From Pavona decussata (Eukaryota): DNA of 64,000 nucleotides. The notes under the pieces are model-generated. The model had not been told where the DNA came from and made no database searches. It worked only from the letters and a program-made list of their open reading frames with translations. Position numbers and translations under genes: made by a program. Numbering within the stretch: position 1 is the first letter of the stretch; each line of letters opens with the position of its first letter. Below, one piece after another: positions 1-11,005 of this stretch. The stretch is from the NCBI GenBank assembly GCA_977016875.1, contig CDRNST010000051.1, forward strand, positions 5,456,001 to 5,520,000, read 5' to 3'.

Positions 1-545
1 GATTCACAATAATCGGGTCGAGCTCGGTTTCCATTGTTCTTCCTCAGGTGGAAATAGAGCTCCAATCAGATTTTGTGCTTAACGTTATGGAGCTCGGTCT
101 ATTCCATGACTCCAAATTTTCCGTGGGGATGGGGTGGTGGAACGGTAAAAAAAACATGTTTTTTCCCTAATACATCATAGCCCTTCTAAACTGAGCATGC
201 ATGATTCATGCACGCAGTGCATGCATGAATCATGCATGAGTCATGGATGCAAATTGGCACTTTTGCATGCATGCTGCATGCATGAAAAAGATGAAGGTGA
301 AGTTGATGAAGATGAAGGTTCTGGTGAAGGCCGAAAGTGAATGAAGAATGTGTTTTAGTTTATTGAATGATTTATGTTGCATTATTTTTCATATTTGGGC
401 CTGTTGTCTTTTAGTGGTACACTTCTGGATGCTATCAACCAAGGCTTGTCCTCCACAAAATGATTCTAGGCAGTGTGACCCACAGTGTCATCAAAACCTA
501 ATGCCTACATATCATACCTACATGTTTAGAAGCCCTGCTTTAATA

Positions 546-547
<2 letters not shown>

Positions 548-577
<30 letters not shown>
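548..577. repeat. (GAT)n microsatellite
   Basis: About 10 consecutive GAT units; source of the poly-Met in ORF 348..704. Confidence 0.95.
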
Positions 578-1102
578 CTTAAACAGGGTGCATTTTCACA
601 AATGTATCTACCAGTATTTAATCTATGCACCCTCAATGGCGTTGAGTGATTGGATTTCTTTGTACTGTCTAACAAGCTTAAAAGCACAACGTGATTATAA
701 TTAAATCATTACTTTTTACTTATATTATCACTCGCTTGAACACTACGTTTTGTGATGATCATTAGTACTTCTTACCGTGAAGCAATCTCTTTTTGAAACA
801 AGCTTCCTCAGATATTGTACCTCATCTTGTAAGGCACTCACACCTGAAAAACAAAATACCAGTATTCCCAAAGGTCAATAAATGCAGCCAACTTGAAAAA
901 AATTATTGATGATATGCTCCATCCATGAACCATTTTGTAATGATTGATACTGACTAAAATGTAAGTCGGAAGCCTAAGAAAGAAGAATAGCTGATCCCTT
1001 TCCTTTAGTTCCAAATACATTTTGCTGTGTACAAACCATGCCGGTGTTCATTATTTTATATTATGCTCAACTTGAGATGCTTGAGGTGACGATTTTCAGT
1101 CC

Positions 1103-1412
1103 TTATAACATAGAGGGCAAAATTGCTGAATGCTGATTGGTTGGTCTCTTTTGTACGCTAAAAAAAGTTAATTGTTCGCTTGTTTTGCTTAAGGACGGGT
1201 GTTAATTTACTCTGGGCTGGGGCTGAATGTTTTGCGAAGTGCCTTGATGGTTTTAAGAAAATTTAGCCCTCTATGTTATAAAGACGTAATCACAATGAGT
1301 CCTCGTAGAATTAAAGATTAATTTTCACTTGTATTTTCAAAGTTTTTACAAATTGCCAGAGTCACACAGTGAAAATTAATCCTTAACTCTACTCGCCCTC
1401 ATGCGATTACAT
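1103..1412. repeat. Two adjacent small inverted-repeat (hairpin/MITE-like) elements in an intron
   Basis: TTATAACATAGAGGGCAAAATT (1103-1124) pairs with AATTTAGCCCTCTATGTTATAA (1260-1281). GTAATCACAATGAG...GATTAATTTTCACT (1286-1329) pairs with AGTGAAAATTAATC...CTCATGCGATTAC (1368-1410). Confidence 0.7.
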
Positions 1413-4182
1413 ATACAAAATTCTATGACACTAACTTCTTAAGGCAAATGGAAAAATTGTACACCAGTATAATTTTCTTTTTAAAAAGTATGCTTGGTCT
1501 TAGTTAGTAGCCACAAATCTCCAAGGCTTAGTTTGAGTTGAATTAATGTTCTTTGACTGTTATTGCAAAACGTACTTTGTGGGGTTTAAAAATTAATCTC
1601 AATAAAAGTAAGGTTGTCACCTAAACACTACACATATTTGCAAAAAGTTGTAATAGTTACATGTACAACTTATTAAAGCTACCTTGTAGAATTTGCAGTG
1701 CTTGCAAATTCCTTTTCACTGCAGCTTGGTTGGATTCACATTGCTAAAAAAATAAGACAAGATGAAGCAAACTTAGAGACTTACTGACATATTGTAACCA
1801 ACTCCTCAAACTAAATCAAGACTGTTCTTCTCTTGCCATTGATCCAGTCATGCAAGGACAAACATTTATTTATAAAAATTGAGAAACATGAATATTGGTG
1901 TGTGTCACTCTTACTGAATCATTTACATAATGGGTTACTCTAAATTGCATGGTCAAATTAATGTCGGGTACTGAGTGTGTTTTTGGTCATCTTAGGACCC
2001 CCCCCCCCCTCTCCACCCTCACCTACAGATCATGGCACACTGTTGGTAAAAAATGCTCTTCTCTTCCCTGACAGCATGTGTTCTCAACAGTGCACAAAAT
2101 CGCTGTCACCTTAGGAGAACTTGAGTATTTTGGACTTTCTTTTACAATTTCATCATCTGTCTGGAAATTGTTTGCCTTTGACTCCATCATGACCTCTTTT
2201 ATTTGTTCCCGCTGAACTCTTTGGAGAGTGGCTTTGGCTTTCTGGTTCTTCTGATTCTGACTCTTTGTCTTGTTTTCTTTTGCCTTCCGTTTAACTGGTT
2301 TAATTTGACTAGCATCTTTATGTGATTTCAAAACATCCTCTGATTTGGAACTACTCTGGTGTGGTTGTTTGTTCTTGTTATAAGAGTGTTCTGCCTCTTT
2401 TTTGGTTGCTGCAAGTTTAAGATTAAATTTGAGTTAAATGAAAATACAAATAAAAGAAAAAAATTACAGCCTGCACGTTTGTGTGGGATTGCTGTCTGCT
2501 GTTGTAACACAAATTCAATATAAAATAAACACATTTTTAAAACTCCAGTCCATCTCTTCTTCAATCGATCTTCAAAAAATCAATGAAAATGCTCCAGCAA
2601 AGATCACGGGTCAAGGAAACCATGGAAACAATACAAACCACGTCCCGCCCTTCCGGTCAAATGTAAGGGCGGCAAAATCAAACACATTGGCATTTGCCGG
2701 CTCCTTCGAAAAAATGCCGAAAATTTTTACACCTTGTACACAGCGTACAAGGTCTTAGATTTTCCTGTCTTCGTTGTTTTAAAGTTGATTTCTGGGTCTT
2801 AAAAACTGCAACAATTGCAATTTCTATAATTTTAATGAAAACCTGTCGAGGAAACTTAAAGTCCTGCTTAATGAAAAACATGGCGACACATACCCGCAAT
2901 GACAAAAATCGTTGCCTTGAGGGGCTTCTCTTTGAAAACAGCCAGGACTTTCTCTCCGCATTGAAAGGCAAGATCGCCTTCCAAGCTCGTAAGTTTGTCT
3001 CGGTGGAGGCAATTAACGTGTTTTCACCGTCCCATTCGATAATACACCAACCTGAGGGAAATAAACATAATGCAAACCGTGAGTTATGCAAAGTAAACAC
3101 ACGTGCTAATGAAAACGACGATCACGGTTTCAAAACTTACACCATTTGCACGGTAAAATCAAGCAGTGAAGCTGTACTTACAAGGTTCTTCTCCAACATT
3201 GCCGTTGATTGTTCATTCTGTTTCGTACTCTCGCAACTTGCTGGGTAGTTTCGTCTGTTGTTTTTGTTTCTTTGAAGCTGGAGGCAAGAAATCACGATCT
3301 TCACCTCAAGGAGAGATATCATCTGGATCCGAGTCGGAGCCACTTGAATATGGCATTTCCTCGTATTGTAGACTCCTTCTAAACTTAGCCATCGTACAGG
3401 AATATCAGTGATAGAGATGAAAGCAAAAGGTGAAGAAGAATCGATGGGGACAACAGATTTTCGTGAAATGAGCAGCGTGACTTTCTAAGCGGTTCTAGAT
3501 GTGATGCACTGATTTTCTCAGCAAAACTCTTGATTGGAGGAGAACAGCACGAGATCGAGGCATTGTTTCTTTCTCCACAATTGTCTCACACTCTTCGTAA
3601 ACATGTCGCCGATACCGAAGTATAAACAGTGGCAGAAAGATCAAAATTTTCCCGTTCCAAAGAGGACTCTCGCACGATTAAAGGGAAAGGCTGCAGCACC
3701 TTTTTCTAGAAGCCTTGAAAAGAATATTCCTCACAATGAAAGAACGCTTCAACGCGAAGTCACAGGACCAGGCTGTACGATTCCCTTTGACAACTCGATG
3801 GAAGGAAGCGATCACCGCGAGGGATTTGTTCACGATGAAAGTCCTAGCAGAACAGTTATTACCATTCATACAGGTAAAGATTCGTTGGTGATTGAAGAAA
3901 AATTCGAAGCAGCGAATTCTCTGGAATGCCAGAACCTTGGCTTAACGGATCCATTCCATTTAAAAGAAGACAGGGATTACCGGGACAGCGATTTTGACGA
4001 GGCTTGTCAATCTACAGATAGTGAGGATTCTGACTCTGATGAATCCTATGACAATCGTTACACTCGTAAGCTTCTATATCCAGGCGCTTCCATAACGGTT
4101 GAAGAAAGTATCTTAAGTGTTATGAAGTATGCCTTTGGTCACAAGACTTCCGACTGTGAACTGTCTGATCTTTTGCACCTAA

Positions 4183-5533
4183 TAGTCCGGCAGATTGGTG
4201 CAAGAATTGTGGGATTTATGGTAAAAGCACCAAATTTTGCACAAAGATACAGAATTACCCACTGAACAATATAAGCTATGGACCCACCTGGGATCTATCC
4301 CATAATTGTAGTTATAACTGGTTTAAGTTGGCCTATTACTCTTCTTACATGGAAACGAGATTGGGTGAATTATTTACTTATTTCCAGGAAAGTGAGACAG
4401 TAATTCGGAAGAAATTAACAAGTTAAACCAAAAAACTGATTTACAAAATGCATTCTGAGACATTATTGGTCTTCTTGTGTGATCACGTGACCAACAACGT
4501 GACCAAATAGGCTTTTAATACCAAGCATTGGACATTGTAACCTTGACCCTCTCAGTTTGCATCTTAGTTATTTGGTCAAGTTCAGACATAGAAACTACGG
4601 AAATGCTATGGACCCATTTGGGATCCATCCCATAATTATAACTACAACAGGTTTAAGGTGGCCTGCTGGACTTCTAACATGGAAACGAGACTGGGTGAAT
4701 TATTTATTTCCAACAAAATGAGACAATTCTTCGTAAGAAATTAACAAGTTTAACCAAAAAATGAATTACAAATTTGCATTCTGAGACATTATTGGCCTTC
4801 CAGTGTGAACACGTGGCCAGCCACGTAATTAAATACGCTTATAATGCCTAGCTTTGGACATAGTAATCTTACCCTGGCTCAATTATTTGGCCAAGTTCAT
4901 ACACATAAACTACGAAACAGTAAAATTAAACCCTGAAAACGTCAAATAAACTTAAAATAGCTTAACACAAATTCATTGGAATGTTGTTAATAATGCAAGC
5001 GATACGCCGATTTGTTCATTCGCATACAGCATTCTGTTTTTTATTCTCGGCCTCACAGCCCAGTGCAATTGCACAGTGCTGTGCAGGGTGGTCCTATCGC
5101 TTGACTGGGTCTTGATATCTGGTCCCCATCAAAATCATTCCAGTTAATGTTTTCAGATTCCTGCTGAAAACTGTTTTTAAATGTGCTGTTGAACTTTGAT
5201 TTCGTGTATAACATATCCCTACGAATTATCCTTGTTGCCTTGAGGGGGGTCATCGCTACATTGTCAAAATCGCATTCGCAAGCCTGTTGAAGCGCGGTAG
5301 CAACTTCGTCATTGAAAGCTAGAGACCTGGAACATTTTGCTAAGAGCCTTTCTTTAAGATCAGTAGAGTCAACTCGGCCAGACATCTTCACTCCAAGTTG
5401 TGCCAGACGGTTAGAATACAGTGACTGTAAGCTCTGCTAACCTAAACACTGTCGGAGCGCTACCCTTTGTCTCGGGGCGCGTTTCTTCTATATATGCAGC
5501 TAGCTGTGCTAAAGCAATACTTTGGCTTCTCTA
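4183..5533 (-). mobile_element. Academ (AcademX-type) remnant with a large internal deletion, inserted in the CACTA transposase
   Basis: Begins TAGTCCGG at the point where the CACTA frame breaks. The minus strand encodes IALAQLAAYIEE...VFRLAEL...RVDSTDLKERLL...DFDNVAM...IIRRDML (N-terminal part of Academ-type transposases), fused to PCTALCNCTGL* (end of the C-terminal Cys-rich finger). Confidence 0.65.
4275..4915. repeat. ~330-bp diverged direct duplication in the Academ terminal region
   Basis: GCTATGGACCCA...CATGGAAACGAGA.TGGGTGAATTATTTA...GCATTCTGAGACATTATTGG occurs at 4275-4600 and again at 4605-4915. Confidence 0.9.
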
Positions 5534-6494
5534 TCTTCACCTTCCCACTGAAAGTCACGATGAACATTTCCAGTCATTATACTTTTTGAAAAAGACTTTC
5601 ACTTCACAAAGTGAAGTTAATGGGCATGGGGATACTGACATTGTGAAAGTGCACGAATACTGCCCAAACTGTATAGCGCTCTGGAAAGATGACAACGAAC
5701 GTACCTGTCGATTTTGTGGCGAACAGAGAAAAGGAAGACCAATAATTACTTCTTGGCGTTGGACAAATGGAGCTCAGCTAAAGAGCATGTTTGAAGGTAC
5801 AGCTTAAAACATACCCTAGGCACAGGTTGTACAAGTTAAATATAGGTTCGAGTTAAAAAGAATCTTAATTGACATTAACGAAACTCAAATTAGTAGTGTG
5901 CATTTAGTATTATATTAGGTTTATACATTTGTCAACCGAGATTCAACTTAATGAAAAGATTACATAGGCATACTTGAGAAAGAGGAGGGCAGGGGGATTA
6001 ACCACCAGATTACATGCCTTATTACTAAACTTTAACTATGACCCAGCACTGAAGCAAAAAAAAAAAAATCTGAAGCTGTCCTCATGATTTTCATGGTTAT
6101 GTCTGAATGTTTATTGTCAAGGTAACAACAAATTAAATTTGAAGAAGCTTACATCCTTGAGGGTTCATGAGTGGATTATAATTCTTGTTAGAATTACATG
6201 TAGGCCGAGAATGAGACTAACTTATTACCCTGGGCTGAGTTGTTCTTAGCCGATTAACACTCACCCTGGTTTAACTTTGGCCTTAACCTATTGATGCCAT
6301 GGTAGTTAACCTAATCATCCTTTTCATTCCTGCATTTTTTGATACTCAAGAGGGGATTTCTGTATCTCCTTGGCAATAAGCCTCCTTAAACCCTTCCATA
6401 ATATGTTCAATAAATCAGTTGCTATATTACTTGAACGGAGAAAGGAAAGTTCCTTGGAGATGCGTGACACTTGAAAATGTTTTCGGATTGGATT

Positions 6495-7862
6495 GATATA
6501 AAAATAATTATCAAAAAGTATCAAAAATGGTTTGAAAGAAACACAGACGTTTCGGGTATATAACCCTTCTTCAGTGTGGAGAAAACCGTTGAAATGCGCT
6601 ACTGGAAACACACGCGCATATGAATAGTAGCGCGCGCATGTATTGAAAGTTATAATTCAAACGTAGTTAAAATTGATGTTAAGTCCATCCGGCTGAACAT
6701 TCCCAAGTTGGAAAATCAACCTCATTTCACACTGCTTTCGCTGGAGGTTTGTCCCATTGCATAACCTCATACCCCGCACCCGGATATCTGAAATACTGTG
6801 ATCCGTGGAGTTGAAATGTTGGGCCACCGGGAACCCTGGAGTGTTGTTGCGGATGCTGCGTAAGTGCTCGCTAAAACGGCTCCTGAGGGTCCGCCCGGTT
6901 TCACCAATGTAAAGAATGGTAGGGCATCGGTTACAGGATATGCAGTACACAAGATTACTGGACTGGCAGGTGAAATGACCACGGACAGAAAAAGAGTAGC
7001 GAGGGCCTCGTATCTCGGTGTCTTGGCTGATGTACTGGCAAGTATGGCAACGGCGGCGTTGACACGCATGTGATCCATACTGGTCAGTGGAAGAGTGGTT
7101 GTGAGAGCGTACAAGCATGTTTCTTAAGTTGAGGTCGCATTTGTATGCCACGAAAGGTGGTTGTGGAAAGATATCTCACGTTTGCTGATCAGTTGCTAGA
7201 ATTTGGAAGTTCTGAAGTAGAAACCGTTTGATTTGGGTGTTAAACGGGTGGTAGGTGAGAACCAGAGGTACTCTATCAACGGTTCCGTCGTACTGCTCAG
7301 ACAAGCGTAGTGCATCAGGACGGTTGATAGTTGCTACCCGCCGTAGATCGTTTTCAAGGGAAGAACAAGGATAATCACGTTGTGAGAAGAAGGCAAGCAT
7401 CTCTCTAGATCTCACAAGGAAGTCATCATCGTCGGAGCAGAGTCGATGCAGGCGGAGAAACTGGCTGTAAGGGATAGCACGTTTGCAGTGATCAGGGTGG
7501 AAAGAAGAAAAATGGAGGTAGTTGTGAGTATCTGTTTCCTTGTAGTAGACAGAGGTTTGAATCTTGTCATCAGAGATGTGTAGGTTAATGTCCAAAAACC
7601 GGTAGTTCTGTTTCAGTGATAGTAGATGTAAATTGGAGTGCTGGATGGAAGTTTGAAACGAAGTCAATAAAGGCTTCGAGTTCCTCCCCTCTACATGACG
7701 CTGCTCCAACAATGTCGTCGATGTATCTCTTGTGTAGCTGTGGTGTAAAGCCTGTGTATTGTTCGCGGATTTGCTGTTCCACATAACCAACGAATAAGCA
7801 GGCATAGTTTGGCCCCATTTTGCTTCCCATTGCAACCCCACCAATTTGACGATAGTATTCGT
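6495..7862 (-). mobile_element. Penelope-like retroelement (RT + GIY-YIG endonuclease), 5'-truncated, antisense in the CACTA intron
   Basis: GVAMGSKMGPNYACLF...KRYIDD (RT core); FLDI...VYYKETDTHNYLHFSSFHP...IPYSQFLRL (thumb); then CxxC...NLVYCISCNRCPTILYIGETGRTLRSRFSEH...PDGLN (GIY-YIG). One frameshift near 7600 and one stop near 7176. Confidence 0.95.
6542..6578 (-). ncRNA. Minimal type I hammerhead ribozyme in the Penelope pLTR
   Basis: Minus strand reads CACA-CUGAAGA-A-GGGU-UAUAU-ACCC-GAA-ACGU-C-UGUG: intact CUGANGA and GAAA core, 4-bp stem II, CACA/UGUG stem I, palindromic ACGU in place of stem III, GUC cleavage triplet. Confidence 0.85.
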
Positions 7863-8093
7863 TGCTATATTACTTTATTTACAGATCCCGCATTTGTATC
7901 AGACATTGATTATGGCCTTAAGGAAAGGAAACGTGCTCAATTAGCACTAGATAGGCCTGAAAGAGAGTGGTTTGACATTATGGATGGTGACTTGTATCGT
8001 GAGCTGATCAAGCCTGGAGGCTTCCTTGCAAACCCGAACAACCTCTCTTTATTGTTTAATACAGATGGTGTTCATGCTTTCAAAGCCTCTAAA

Positions 8094-8395
8094 GATGATC
8101 CATTCCATCATTTTGGGCCTTCATCATAGCGTTAAATAAGATTTCTCTCTCTTGTTGGATCGCCCGGGCGTAATCCCCCGTTATGTAGGCCTCTTTGAAT
8201 TGATGTAATTGTTTTATCTTACCTCGTTTGGACCATGCAAGCTTTCTGTGTTCACGACTTACAAAACGTGCTATAATAAGTCTGTGTCTTCCTTCCAATC
8301 TTCTTCCAACTCTATGCACAGCATGGTATCGAACTGTAGAAGAGTCAATCCCCATTTGCTGAATGTATCCTAAATAACTGATTTACAGTCCAATA
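8094..8395 (-). mobile_element. LINE ORF1p-like fragment (RRM/CTD type)
   Basis: HAVHRVGRRLEGRHRLIIARFVSRE...AYITGDYARAIQQEREIL resembles the HRxG...RPIIARF...I.ED motif of LINE ORF1 proteins. Confidence 0.7.
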
Positions 8396-8558
8396 CAGTA
8401 GCTTAGCAATTTATACTGAAGGAATTTTTTTACTATTAATTTAGAGGAAGAAAAATGAGTCCTTCTCTTGGTTTCTCAGTCAGCATTTTCAATTGTTTGT
8501 TTGATATACATACACCTAATGTAAACGTTGTTCTTAAAAATTAGTATGCCAGGCTTAC

Positions 8559-8885
8559 CTGGGAAAAGTTGATTCACAGCCGATTGGACATGGAATAATG
8601 TCGTTAGAGCAAAGGGAAGTGTTGTGTTTGTCCAACATTCCTTAACCATGCTATTTCCACAGTTTTTGCACTGGGTCTTCCCCTTGACGCAAGACAAAGC
8701 ATGAGAAGGCATGTATTCTCTTTTATCTACGTAATGGCTTAATACCTATGATTTCAGGAAGTGTATGACTGGGTTGGCGCCCAAAATGAAATGCCACTAC
8801 ATTTCACCCTGCACTCATCCAGAGACACCAAAAAAGTGATACTCCACGATCACTGCATCTTGGCAGATGAGTGTGAATTTAACTG
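8559..8885 (-). pseudogene. TRAF-type zinc-finger-like exon remnant
   Basis: With one frameshift it reads SHALSCVKGKTQCKNCGNSMVKGMLDKHNTSLCSNDIIPCPIGCESTFP and ends at a GTAAGC donor (8558). Confidence 0.45.
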
Positions 8886-9864
8886 AATGAGTAAGTGGAA
8901 AAAAGAAACCCTTTTATACTCTATAAAAATAATGTTAAATTTGACTTGGTGAAAATTATTTAAGCATAAAATGGTGCACTCAAATGCTGCATATGATAAG
9001 AGATTTCAAATTTAAGGCATCAATATGAAATTTACCACACATTTAAATAATTATTAACATAATTATTTTGCCAACATTGTTGATTACTGTTATTGGGTGA
9101 AAAACAATGATGTAAATAGATAAAGGCATGTATCCTAAAAGAGATATTTATAGCAATAACAATGCAAACATTAAAACACTGACATTACAAAATGATATTA
9201 GTCCACCGCTCCCCACCCTCCTTACCCTCAACCAACAAATACAAAAAAAAAAAAAGAAAACAATATGTTAACCAGCCTTGTGGTAATTTGATTTATCTCT
9301 TAAAATAATCCCTACAGAATGAACAGGAGGCAACCGCATTGCTGAAAGACCAGGTGAGGGACCATTTGTTTGTATACCAGTTGGGAAGGGGAAAGGGCTG
9401 TGTGCAGGCTGGTGGTATTTGGGGATATATACCGCGAAAGGGGGCTTATTGGAGGGGTTGGGGTGAAGAAACATGACATCATAGCTCCCTCCTTGACTTA
9501 GCCCTCCTCTGTAATGAAACCATTCCCATCGCAATGTAAATTTACAACAAGCTTCTCCCCTCCCCCCTCAATGAATACATACATCGTGAGGCACAATTAA
9601 AATTTGGATTGACGCGATGGACCATTAGTCTATACTCATAGCTGGCATTTTATAACTCTAAGGCTAATTGTAATTTAAGAACTTATGCTTTAATTTTAAT
9701 TCTAAAGCTAATGCTTTAAAGTGCCAGTTATAAAAATTTAATTAAATTAATGGCGGTTGATTTTTTTTTACTTAAATAACAAGTGATTGATAAACAGATT
9801 AAATGGCTTTCAAAACACAGGAAGACATTTATAATTATTTAAATGGCTAAAAATTGTAGCAGCT

Positions 9865-9943
9865 AGGGTAGTATGCTACTCACACAAGGCCCATCTGATC
9901 ACATTCTGTTCAGATGGGCCTTGTATGGATGGCATACTCCCCT
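9865..9943. repeat. Isolated ~80-bp hairpin
   Basis: Perfect 15-bp stem ACAAGGCCCATCTGA (9884-9898) / TCAGATGGGCCTTGT (9910-9924) with an 11-nt loop, extended by AGTATGC/GCATACT and AGGG/CCCT. Confidence 0.85.
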
Positions 9944-10124
9944 TCCCTCTTGTCCCTTATAGGTTTCTTTCAAGGGAAATTGTGGTCATGGCAGGTTGGA
10001 GAATTTGTCTAAGACTATAGTTGGTACGTACAAACTTTTTAATTTAAAAATGCACTGTACAAGATATTACATAATTTATTTTTTTAAAAAAATAAAAAAT
10101 AAATGTTTTGCGATGTAATATCGA

Positions 10125-10235
10125 ATAATTAATTAAATTAATTAATTAAAGTGAATAATTAATTAGATTAAATTAATTAATTAATTAAAGGACTGTAAAT
10201 AATTAATTAATTAATTAGTTAAAATTGATTAATTA
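10125..10235. repeat. (TTAA/AATT)n low-complexity tract
   Basis: Repeated AATTAATTAA runs. Confidence 0.85.
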
Positions 10236-11005
10236 AAGGACTATCACATAATAATCAAATGTATTTGCTCTGATTGGCCAATGGGCTATGGTTGATTATT
10301 AAGTTAATTTTGGCGGGGATCACTCATATTAGGATAGCATGAGGTTTTCTATTCTACTCCATGGATACTCTAAAGGTGGCAGGGTAATTTACACTTACCT
10401 TTCTTTCAACACATACCACATCGCCAACCTCTCTGATAATCAACCCCAAAATATGTCACTCAATACCTGAGTCCTGTACATGTGTTCATTTTGTTACATG
10501 TAATAATAATGACAGGGAAATAAAGATTGATATTATATTGTCCACATGATTTATTGAACAATTAGAAGATGGTGTCACTGTGTCATGTTCTGTAAGAAAA
10601 TACTACACTATTGATGTAAAAAAAAAAAAAACTACTAGTGGACACATGAGCGGAATGCGGGAGTGTCAGCAGTTTTTCTTGACCTCAAAAGTGCATTATT
10701 GTCTTAGTGAACATGGGAATACCATATTCTAATGAATTTAGAATTTAGCAGTAAAAGCCTAAATATTGCCATCTGAGGAGTGGTGAGTGCATGCATGCAC
10801 TCTATAATTTCGAGCCGTACATGTACAAAAAATAATGCACAACAATTGTGCATATACTGAAGCTTTATTGTAATGCATAATTTAATACAAGAATTATTTA
10901 TACCCCTACCTCTTAACAAATTTCTGAGATGGCCTGCAATAAACTGAATGCCTCAGCATACAATCGTGAAATGGTTAGGGGTATGGTTATTTTCAGTCTA
11001 TTTAC

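Larger units (their letters stand above)
1..3392 (-). pseudogene. Multi-exon accessory gene of the CACTA/EnSpm element (small beta-barrel-like exon, coiled coil, probable C-terminal BEN domain); decayed and runs off the window
   Basis: ATG at 3392 (MAKFRRSLQYEEMPYSSGSDSD...) with a GTAAGT donor near 3180. Further GT-AG-bounded exons: ~3053-2895 (GWCIIEWDGENTL...GEKVLAVFKEKPLKATIFVIA), ~2410-2023 (Lys-rich), ~843-777 (VSALQDEVQYLRKLV). Across a frameshift, 90-1 reads AQNLIGALFPPEE...ELDPIIVN, matching the BEN pattern LA..LL..LF..EE...LDP. Internal stops and frameshifts. Confidence 0.5.
3603..8093 (+). mobile_element. CACTA/EnSpm (CMC) transposase gene, 5' part; spliced, interrupted by Academ and Penelope insertions, 3'-truncated
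   Basis: ATG at 3603 (MSPIPKYKQWQKDQNFPVPKRTL...), acidic linker, then LYPGASITVEESILSVMKYAFGHKTSDCELSDLLHLI. Resumes at ~5535 with LHLP...HEYCPNC...CRFC...AQLKSMFE. Phase-1 intron 5797-7884 (GT...ACAG) joins to DPAF...DIMDGDLYREL...NLSLLFNTDGVHAFKASK, the first catalytic-Asp motif of EnSpm-type transposases. Confidence 0.85.

Noticed and set aside
348-704. ORF with poly-Met tract
   Set aside because: Produced by the (GAT)n microsatellite; antisense to the spliced minus-strand gene.
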